Source: Chloroflexota bacterium (GTDB lineage: Bacteria; Chloroflexota; Anaerolineae; Anaerolineales; UBA4823). Taken from it: a stretch of 63,937 nt of DNA. Every line of letters starts with the position of its first letter. Positions within the stretch are counted from its first letter, which is position 1. The stretch is from NCBI GenBank assembly GCA_032124675.1, contig JAQBDA010000231.1, forward strand, positions 1 through 63,937, given 5' to 3'. Made by a program: the position numbers and the translations under genes. This document shows, one piece after another, positions 48,107 through 55,850 of this stretch. The notes beneath the pieces are model-generated. The model worked only from the letters and a program-made list of their open reading frames with translations. It had not been told where the DNA came from and did not search any database.

Positions 48107-48792
48107 GCATGCTCGATAGCCTGGTTATCTACCTTCAGCGTATTGGACCAGACCTTCTGCAAGGGGTGATTCTCACCCTGGAGCTTACTGTGGTCGCCCT
48201 GGCAGTGGGGCTGTTGTTCGGGCTGCCGGCGGCGCTGGCGCGAGTCTATGGCGGCAGAGGGCCGCGAAGCATTGCCCTGGCATATATCGAAATATTCCGC
48301 GGCACTCCCTTGCTGGTACAGCTTTTCATTGTGTATTACGGCCTGCCCGACCTGGGTCTGACCTTCTCCCGTATGGCTGCCGCGTTCATCACCTTGGGTA
48401 TGAACAGCGGTGCGTACCAGGCCGAATATTTTCGCGGAGCGATCCAGGCGGTGGGCAGCGGGCAAATGGTTGCTGCCCGGGCAATCGGTATGTCACAGAT
48501 GCAGGCAATCCGCTATATTGTCCTGCCTCAGGCGCTGCGGCTGGCTCTACCTGCCTGGTCTAATGAAGCAGTCTCGATGATAAAATACACCGCGGTCGTC
48601 TTTCTGATCGCCGTCCCAGACCTGATGGGCAAGGCGAAAATTTTGGCAGGACGCTACTTCAATCCAATCGAGATCTATCTTACCGTAGCATTGATTTATA
48701 TCGTCCTGGTTGCAGCTGCGACCTGGATCGTACGCACTGTGGAGATCAAAATGCAGACACCGGGGTTGGAACTGGAAGTCGAAAGGCATTGA
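48103..48792 (+). CDS. Amino-acid ABC permease
   Basis: [18 protein letters not shown]...GQ..AARAIGM. Confidence 0.92.
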   Translation: MSMLDSLVIYLQRIGPDLLQGVILTLELTVVALAVGLLFGLPAALARVYGGRGPRSIALAYIEIFRGTPLLVQLFIVYYGLPDLGLTFSRMAAAFITLGMNSGAYQAEYFRGAIQAVGSGQMVAARAIGMSQMQAIRYIVLPQALRLALPAWSNEAVSMIKYTAVVFLIAVPDLMGKAKILAGRYFNPIEIYLTVALIYIVLVAAATWIVRTVEIKMQTPGLELEVERH

Positions 48793-51389
48793 TGCTGGAT
48801 CGAGAGACAAAGCGGGCGTTGGAAGTCGGCTTCCAACCCGGGCAGATATTGACCAGCCCGGCGCAAACTGCTGCCTACCAGCTCGACGCGGGCATGGAGA
48901 GACATATACCCGACGGTGTGGTCCTGCCCGAAAATGCCGCTCAGGTATCGATGCTCGCCCGCTGGGCTGCCCAGCATGGGATATCACTGACCGCCCGCGG
49001 CGCCGGCACCAGCTTCACCGGTGGCTCGATCGCCGCTCCAGGTGGCGTGATTGTCAGCTTTGCCCGGATGAAAGAGATCGTGGAGGTGAACGAGACTAAC
49101 CGGCAGGCTGTTGTCCAGCCGGGGGTTATCACGAATGTGCTGCAGAGATATATCCTGCCGCTGAACCTAGTTTATCCTCCCGACCCGGCCAGCCACTCGG
49201 TATGCACGCTGGGCGGCAACATCGCTGAGAACGCCGGCGGCCCGCACTGCTTGAAGTATGGGGTTACAGGCAACTACGTGCTTGGATTGCAGACCGTCCT
49301 CGCCGGCGGGCAGGTTGTGTCTTTGGGAGGCAAGGCTCTGGACCCGCCCGAATATGATTTCACCAGCCTGGTCACCGGGTCAGAGGGCACTCTGGTGCTG
49401 GTCACTGCTGCTACGCTGCTGCTGCGGCGCCCATTTCAAGGCGTACAGGCTCTCACCGCCAGCTATACCACTGTGGCACAGGCTGGTATGGCCGTCTCGG
49501 CGGTGATTGCGGCAGGTCTCATCCCGGCTACTATCGAGCTGATGGATAACGGCATGATCAACATCGTCGAAGATTATCTGAACGCAGGCTTCCCCCGGGA
49601 AGCCGGGGCAATGCTGATCATCGACGTGGATGGCTATCCCGAAAGCCTGGACGCACAGCTGTCGCAGGTCGCGGATATACTGAGAAAATTCCAGCCAATC
49701 GAGGTCAAGACCGCCCGCACAACCCAGGAGCGCGAGTTGTTGTGGAGGGGCAGGCGCAGCGCGGCCGGAGCGATTTCACGCATCAGCCCAAACGAGCTGC
49801 TGGTAGACGTGAGCGTACCGCGCTCCCTGCTGGCTGAAACGATCCTGGCAATCAACCAGATCGGGCAGAAGCACAGCTTCCGGGTATGCTATCTGGCGCA
49901 TGCCGGGGATGGCAATCTCCACCCCAACCTGCTGTGCGACTTTTCGAAGCAGGGAGAAAGGGAAAGGGCACTGCTCGCAGGGGGCGAAATCCTGCACCAC
50001 TGCGCCCAGATCGGCGGCTCGATCAGCGGCGAGCACGGGGTCGGCCTGGAGAAGCGCGATTATCTGAATACGATGTATGCTCCAGGTGAGATCGATGCGA
50101 TGTTAGAGATCAAGCAGGTATTCGATCCACAGAACCTGCTGAACCCCGGCAAGATATTCCCGGTCGATCACAAGCCGGACAGAGAATCATTCACCCGACG
50201 CGCCAGCCTCCCCGGCACGTATTTCCAACCCGCCAGCCCTGTGGAAGCCGCCGATGGTCTGCGCGCCCTGCAGGCTGCAGGTACACCGACCAATATCACC
50301 GGTGGTCGTACCCACTGGCGGGGCGACCCGCCCCAGGGGACTGTGCTTTCCTCCGCCGGTATGCACGGCATCCAAAAAATATCCGCTGACGATCTGTATG
50401 TCACTGCCCGCGGCGGCACATCGCTTGCAGAGCTTCAACAGGTACTTGCAGAACGAGGGTTCTGGATTCCTGTACACAGTGGTCAATCTGAGAGCACTTT
50501 GGGCGGCGCGCTGGCTGCTAACGCCAATGGCCCTCTGCGTGCCTTATATGGCGGGCTGCGCGACCAACTTCTGGCTGTCGAAGTGGTCCTGGCGGACGGG
50601 CGGCTGATGCGCTTTGGGAAGCCGCTGGTCAAAGATGTAGCCGGCTACAACCTCAGCAAACTTCAGGTTGGTGCCTACGGTACTCTCGGACTGATTACTG
50701 AAGCTACAATGAAGCTGGTTCCGCTGCCAGGTGCCCGCCGAAGTCTGATCGCTTCCGTGCCAGATTTGGAGCAGGGTTTACGCTGGGGTTATGAGGCGCT
50801 GCGGCAGGCCATTACCTGCTCCGGGATCGTGCTGGTGTCGAACCCAATCGGAAACAACAGCCTTCCAGGTATCACTCTGGTCTGTACTTCTGAAGGACAT
50901 CCGCTGGATGTCACAGCAGAAATGAATAGCTTATCAAACATATTGACCCGGTGCGGCGCAGACGTGCAGAGAGAGACCGTCAAGACCAGCGCAGCCCAGC
51001 AGTGGGAGGAGCAGTTTAAACATGCCGAGTTTGTCGCACGCGCAGCCGTTCCGCCTGAAAACCTGAGTGGCATGTGCGCGCTTCTATCGACTCACGACCT
51101 GCCATTTGTCATGGATATCACCAACGGTATGCTGGCAGTGACCAGTTCGACGGCCGCTTCTGGCGAGCTTCTCAACAGTTTACGAGCGAGTACTGAGCCG
51201 CACGGGTATGCCCTGATGGCGGCTGGCCCCAGGTCGCTGCTGGGCGAAGTCGACCTATGGGGTAGGCCGCGCCAAAGCCATGAGCTGATGGGCAGGCTCA
51301 AACTGCGCTGGGACCCTGCCGACATTCTCAACCGCGGAGAGTTCATCTCTCCACTATTCCCACGCAGCAAAACGCTGCAAGTGGCATGA
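48789..51389 (+). CDS. Fused FAD-linked 2-hydroxyacid oxidase subunits (GlcD-like plus GlcE-like)
   Basis: First half: RGAGT..GG, PPDPAS, TLGGN.AENAGG, HAGDGNLH, GEHGVG, LLNPGKIF. Second half: KDVAGYNLSKL..GAYGTLG, WDPADILN. Confidence 0.88.
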   Translation: MMLDRETKRALEVGFQPGQILTSPAQTAAYQLDAGMERHIPDGVVLPENAAQVSMLARWAAQHGISLTARGAGTSFTGGSIAAPGGVIVSFARMKEIVEVNETNRQAVVQPGVITNVLQRYILPLNLVYPPDPASHSVCTLGGNIAENAGGPHCLKYGVTGNYVLGLQTVLAGGQVVSLGGKALDPPEYDFTSLVTGSEGTLVLVTAATLLLRRPFQGVQALTASYTTVAQAGMAVSAVIAAGLIPATIELMDNGMINIVEDYLNAGFPREAGAMLIIDVDGYPESLDAQLSQVADILRKFQPIEVKTARTTQERELLWRGRRSAAGAISRISPNELLVDVSVPRSLLAETILAINQIGQKHSFRVCYLAHAGDGNLHPNLLCDFSKQGERERALLAGGEILHHCAQIGGSISGEHGVGLEKRDYLNTMYAPGEIDAMLEIKQVFDPQNLLNPGKIFPVDHKPDRESFTRRASLPGTYFQPASPVEAADGLRALQAAGTPTNITGGRTHWRGDPPQGTVLSSAGMHGIQKISADDLYVTARGGTSLAELQQVLAERGFWIPVHSGQSESTLGGALAANANGPLRALYGGLRDQLLAVEVVLADGRLMRFGKPLVKDVAGYNLSKLQVGAYGTLGLITEATMKLVPLPGARRSLIASVPDLEQGLRWGYEALRQAITCSGIVLVSNPIGNNSLPGITLVCTSEGHPLDVTAEMNSLSNILTRCGADVQRETVKTSAAQQWEEQFKHAEFVARAAVPPENLSGMCALLSTHDLPFVMDITNGMLAVTSSTAASGELLNSLRASTEPHGYALMAAGPRSLLGEVDLWGRPRQSHELMGRLKLRWDPADILNRGEFISPLFPRSKTLQVA

Positions 51390-51399
51390 GGAAAAGTAT

Positions 51400-52719
51400 A
51401 TGAATGAGGCATACGAATTTGCAGATACTACTCGTTGGGCATCGAGCGTCCTGATGCCCAGTTTTTCCGCCGACTGGCCCCTGCTGCCGGTCGAGCGTGC
51501 AGAAGGTGCGTATCTCTACACTACAAATGGGAAACGCTACCTAGACTTCACTTCCGGCATCGCGGTCACCAATGTCGGGCACGGTCACCCGAAAGTTCTG
51601 GCGGCTGCCAGGGAACAGATGGAAAAATTCTCCCACAGCGCGGTTGGCATCACGCTGCACGAACCGCTCTTACAGCTCACACAGGCATTGACCGAGGTGA
51701 TGCCCTCCGGCATGGATATGTATTTCTTCGGCAATAGTGGAGCCGAAGCAGTAGAAGGAGCGTTGAAGCTGGCACGCTACGTTACCGGTCGTCCGGGTAT
51801 CATTGCATTCGAAGGCGGCTTTCACGGGCGCACCTACGGGGCTGCATCGGTTACATCTGTCAAGTCGAAATACCGCGATCATTACGAGCCGTTCGTCCCG
51901 GGCGTGTATTTTGCACCCTACGCCTACCCCTACCGCTGCCCCTGGGGAGATGATGAAGGATCGACAATCGCCTGGAGTATCGCAGGCATCGAGACCATCT
52001 TTGATCGACTGATACCGCCTACACAGGTCGCGGCAATGCTGGTCGAGCCTGTGCAGGGAGAAGGGGGTTATGTGATACCTCCAGCCGGCTTCCTGCATGC
52101 CCTGCGCCGCATCTGCGATGAGCATAATATTTTGCTGATCCTGGATGAAGTCCAGACCGGTTTTGGGCGGACGGGCGAGATGTTCGCAGCCCAGGTAGTC
52201 GATGTCCGCCCGGATATCATGGCAATTGCCAAAGGCATCGCCAATGGGTTCCCTCTCAGCGCTACTGCAGCCAGCCATGAGTTAATGAGCCTCTGGAAGC
52301 CAGGCGCTCACGGGACTACCTACGGCGGGAACCCGATTGCCTGCGCCGCTGCTCTGGCGACCCTGGAAGTGATCCGGGAGGAGAATCTTCTGGAGAACTG
52401 CCGTATAATGGGAGTGAAACTGCTGCGGGGTATGCAGCAGTTCAAGGAGCAGTATGACTTCATCGGAGATGTGCGCGGACTCGGGCTGATGTTGGCGATG
52501 GAGATGGTCGTGCCTGGGGGTAAATCCCCCAATCCTGAAGCAGCAACTGCCGTCCTGAACAACTGCCTGGAAGGCGGTCTGGTCGGCTATATGGCCGGAC
52601 TGCATGGGCAGGTAGTGCGGCTGATCCCACCCCTGAATGTCAGCGAAGAACAAGTAGGAGAAGCGCTGCGCATCCTGGCGGGAAGTCTGGCGGAATACAA
52701 TCAAGTAATTGCAGGCTAG
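51400..52719 (+). CDS. Class III PLP aminotransferase (GabT-like)
   Basis: YLDFTSGI, SGAEAVEGA, FHGRT, EPVQGEGG, DEVQTGFGRTG, AKG, GTTYGGNP. Confidence 0.92.
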   Translation: MNEAYEFADTTRWASSVLMPSFSADWPLLPVERAEGAYLYTTNGKRYLDFTSGIAVTNVGHGHPKVLAAAREQMEKFSHSAVGITLHEPLLQLTQALTEVMPSGMDMYFFGNSGAEAVEGALKLARYVTGRPGIIAFEGGFHGRTYGAASVTSVKSKYRDHYEPFVPGVYFAPYAYPYRCPWGDDEGSTIAWSIAGIETIFDRLIPPTQVAAMLVEPVQGEGGYVIPPAGFLHALRRICDEHNILLILDEVQTGFGRTGEMFAAQVVDVRPDIMAIAKGIANGFPLSATAASHELMSLWKPGAHGTTYGGNPIACAAALATLEVIREENLLENCRIMGVKLLRGMQQFKEQYDFIGDVRGLGLMLAMEMVVPGGKSPNPEAATAVLNNCLEGGLVGYMAGLHGQVVRLIPPLNVSEEQVGEALRILAGSLAEYNQVIAG

Positions 52720-52733
52720 ATGAGGAGCGACCC

Positions 52734-53360
52734 ATGCCAGTAAAGATCCTGATAGTAGATGATCACAGCGTAGTGCGCCAGGGATTGAGGATGTTCCTCT
52801 CACTCGACGCAGACCTGGAGGTGGTTGGGGAGGCCAGCAACGGTCAGGAAGCGATCGAGATGGTCGAAAAGCTCAATCCCGACGTGGTTCTGATGGACCT
52901 GCTGATGCCGGTGATGGACGGCATCACAGCCACCCAGATCATACGCAGGGATTTCAGCCACAGCGAAGTGGTCGCTCTGACCAGCGTATTGGAAGACGCT
53001 TCGGTGGTCAACGCGGTGCGCGCCGGCGCAATCGGCTATCTGCTCAAAGACACGCAGGCCGACGAACTATGCCGGGCGATCAAAGCCGCAGCAGCGGGAC
53101 AGGTGCAGCTTTCCCCTAGAGCTGCGGAGCGTCTGATGCGCGAGATCCGCGCTCCCGAAAGCCCGGAGAAGCTCACCGAGCGTGAGACTGATGTGCTGCG
53201 TCTGTTGGCATCCGGTATGGCGAACAAAGAGATCGCCCTCGAGATGCACATCAGCGAAACCACAGTCAAGACCCATGTCAGCAACATCCTGATGAAATTA
53301 GGTGTCCCCAGCCGCACGCAGGCAGCGCTGTACGCCGTCCGGATTGGCCTGGTCTCATAG
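52734..53360 (+). CDS. NarL/LuxR-family response regulator
   Basis: VDDH, DVVLMDLLMP, GYLLKD, LTERE..VL.L...G..NKEIA..ISETTVKTHV. Confidence 0.95.
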   Translation: MPVKILIVDDHSVVRQGLRMFLSLDADLEVVGEASNGQEAIEMVEKLNPDVVLMDLLMPVMDGITATQIIRRDFSHSEVVALTSVLEDASVVNAVRAGAIGYLLKDTQADELCRAIKAAAAGQVQLSPRAAERLMREIRAPESPEKLTERETDVLRLLASGMANKEIALEMHISETTVKTHVSNILMKLGVPSRTQAALYAVRIGLVS

Positions 53361-53396
53361 TAATTTCGTCTTAAAAAATATCGAGTCCTAAACCAG

Positions 53397-53422
53397 GCGG
53401 CGCAGACCATGGTCTGCGCCGC
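53397..53422. repeat. Perfect 26-bp palindrome
   Basis: gcggcgcagacca|tggtctgcgccgc with no spacer, 36 nt after the regulator stop. Confidence 0.85.
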
Positions 53423-53598
53423 TAATTGTATCAATCTTCACGCACAAACAACACCTGAACTTCTTCTGTCATTATCCCGAACTGACGTATTCTCCTACGA
53501 AAGGATGAGATTGAATCGTACCCGGGCGGGATACCTGGAACTAAAATAGCCGTTATGATATGTATAAGTGCTCCCGCTGGGAGACCGGGAATATATCT

Positions 53599-55077
53599 AT
53601 GCATACCAATCGACATCGAATCACACTTTTTATATTCTTTTTTGGTCTTTCTATGATCAGCTGCAACCTGCTGGCTCAACAGCCGCTCCCGCAGAACAGC
53701 GTGGACGCCCTGTACACCCAGGCAGCTCAAACGGTTCAGGCACAACTAACCCAGCAAGCCATCAGTACTCAAGCCGTGCAGATAACCGGTTCGTCGGATA
53801 ATCCGCTTTCTGCTGCAACCCTTACGGCTATCCCAACCCTGCCGCAAGATCTCAAACCGACAGCCACGCCGACCGTCATGCCATCTGCAACAGCAACACT
53901 ACCCCTCCCAACGCCTCTGCCACCCACCGCTACAAGCGCGCCAGTCCTGTGTGACCAAGCCGGGTTCATCAAGGATGTAACCATTGCAGACGGCACATCA
54001 TTCTCACCAGCTGCCGAGTTCACCAAGGTCTGGCGGTTGAGAAATATAGGATCATGTACCTGGAATTCGAGTTATTCGCTTGTATATGTCAGTGGTGAGA
54101 GAATGCGCGTCTCCAAATCAATCCCTCTTGCAGGAAATGTGCGCCCTGGAGAGGCGGTTGACATCGCCGTCGATCTGCTGGCACCCCCCGATCAAGGCCG
54201 TTACCGCGGCTACTGGATGCTGTCCAATGCCGATGGGGAGATTTTTGGGATCGGTAAAGAGGCCGATAAATCCTTCTGGGTCGAAATTCGGGTGACCTCA
54301 CCAAACCAGCGCTTTGCTTATGATTTCGCTATCAATATGTGCACAGCCACCTGGCGCAGCAGCTCGAACAGCCTGAGCTGTCCTGGTGATCCGACCAGCA
54401 AGGATGGCTCTGTGGTGCTGCTCGAGCGACCAGAGCTGGAAAATGGTCGCAGAGAAGACGAATCCACACTATGGAGCAGACCAGAATCTACCCGTGATGG
54501 CTGGATCCAGGGGGTTTACCCGCCTTACAAAGTCCGGGCCGGAGATCACTTCCTGTCAGAAGTTGGCTGCCTGGCAGATAACGAGGGCTGTGAAGTCGTG
54601 TTCGCGTTGGATTACCAGGTTTCCGGCGGATCTGTGAAGAACCTGGGTGAGTGGTATGAGATCTCTGATGGAGCTACAACCGATATCGATATAGATCTAT
54701 CCGGACTGGAGGGAAAAACCATCCAGTTCATCCTCAGCGTAACCAATTACGGAAAACCAAGCCAAGCGAATCCATTCTGGCTGGTACCTGCTGTGCGTCA
54801 GAACCAGCCTGCGCCAACGCAGGAGGTTTACGCCCCAGTGATTGAGTCTGCCCGGCGCAGGCTAGCAGAGGACTTGAACCTCGACATCAACGAGATTAAA
54901 GTGGTCAGCTTCGAGCTGGCCGAATGGCAGGACAGCTGCCTGGGAGTTAAACTGCCCGACGAGATCTGCAGTGAGGACGAAATACCGGGCTACAAGATAA
55001 ATATGAACACTTCCAAAAAGGCATACGAAGCGCATACCAATATGGATGCCAGCATCGTCTACTGGTTCGAACTGTAG
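53599..55077 (+). CDS. Multi-domain lipoprotein with an NBR1-type Ig-like (FW) domain
   Basis: Lipobox SMISC, Pro/Thr linker, FIKDVTIADG....FTKVWRLRN.G.CTW pattern; C-terminal WQDSCLG...C...PGY domain. Start likely 53599. Confidence 0.75.
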   Translation: MHTNRHRITLFIFFFGLSMISCNLLAQQPLPQNSVDALYTQAAQTVQAQLTQQAISTQAVQITGSSDNPLSAATLTAIPTLPQDLKPTATPTVMPSATATLPLPTPLPPTATSAPVLCDQAGFIKDVTIADGTSFSPAAEFTKVWRLRNIGSCTWNSSYSLVYVSGERMRVSKSIPLAGNVRPGEAVDIAVDLLAPPDQGRYRGYWMLSNADGEIFGIGKEADKSFWVEIRVTSPNQRFAYDFAINMCTATWRSSSNSLSCPGDPTSKDGSVVLLERPELENGRREDESTLWSRPESTRDGWIQGVYPPYKVRAGDHFLSEVGCLADNEGCEVVFALDYQVSGGSVKNLGEWYEISDGATTDIDIDLSGLEGKTIQFILSVTNYGKPSQANPFWLVPAVRQNQPAPTQEVYAPVIESARRRLAEDLNLDINEIKVVSFELAEWQDSCLGVKLPDEICSEDEIPGYKINMNTSKKAYEAHTNMDASIVYWFEL

Positions 55078-55165
55078 CCTGAAGTTTGTGAATTGCCACC
55101 GGCAGCCTGTTGTGATCCCCAAAGGGTCATTAAGGTATAATAGCCATCAGAGAAAGGAGAAAACG

Positions 55166-55774
55166 ATGTTCTCGAATATCTCAATTAACCGCACCAGAAA
55201 GATCGCAAAGCTGTTTGGCCTGCTAATGGTAGCTGCTCTCCTGGCGGCTTCAATACCGCAGATGGCTTACGCAGCACCTGCACCTGCTGTAACAGTGACA
55301 TGTGCAAGATACCACAATGTGGTGTCAGGGGATACAATCTCCGCCCTCTCGGTGACATATGACATCTCGGTCGCCGAGCTGGCTGCAGCCAATGACCTCA
55401 AAGAGCCCTATACACTTCTCATCGGTCAGCGCCTGTGCATCCCCGGTAGTACAACCACATCCAGCGGCAGCACATCGACCTCAACCAGCTCAAGTTCTTC
55501 AGCTCCGGTCATCGCCGTCGAGCGGGATGGAAAATTCCTGGTGATCAACGTTGCAAACTTCCCCAAAAAGGGCAACTATTATGTTAAGATCAAGAAGGGT
55601 CATTGGGGCACCGATACCCCCTGGTACAAGATTGGCATCTTCCGCACCAAGAAAAACACGGACGTAACCCGTTCTTTCAGGCTGCCCAGCAACTTCTTTG
55701 ACCCCTCATTGATTACAGTTTGTTTGAAGAACGCCAAGACGGATGGCGTCACCTGCGTGCCCCACTGGGAGTAA
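55166..55774 (+). CDS. Secreted LysM-domain protein
   Basis: AAAGGAG SD, signal peptide ending AYA, LysM (HNVVSGDTISAL..YDISVAELAAAN.L......GQRL.IP), Ser/Thr linker. Confidence 0.85.
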   Translation: MFSNISINRTRKIAKLFGLLMVAALLAASIPQMAYAAPAPAVTVTCARYHNVVSGDTISALSVTYDISVAELAAANDLKEPYTLLIGQRLCIPGSTTTSSGSTSTSTSSSSSAPVIAVERDGKFLVINVANFPKKGNYYVKIKKGHWGTDTPWYKIGIFRTKKNTDVTRSFRLPSNFFDPSLITVCLKNAKTDGVTCVPHWE

Positions 55775-55850
55775 GGGTCAGCAAGGAAGACAATAGCATC
55801 CATTGACAAAAATGGGCTCCGTGGAGGATACAGCCATGGAGCCCTGGTAT

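Noticed and set aside
47020-48570. Nucleotide similarity between two segments (caatccgctatat..gtcctgcc, cctggtctaatgaagc)
   Set aside because: Explained by the conserved EAA region of two paralogous permeases; not a mobile repeat.
53473-53533. Hammerhead ribozyme
   Set aside because: The core reads CTGACGT and GAAT rather than CUGANGA and GAAA, and there is no stem III with an NUH site.
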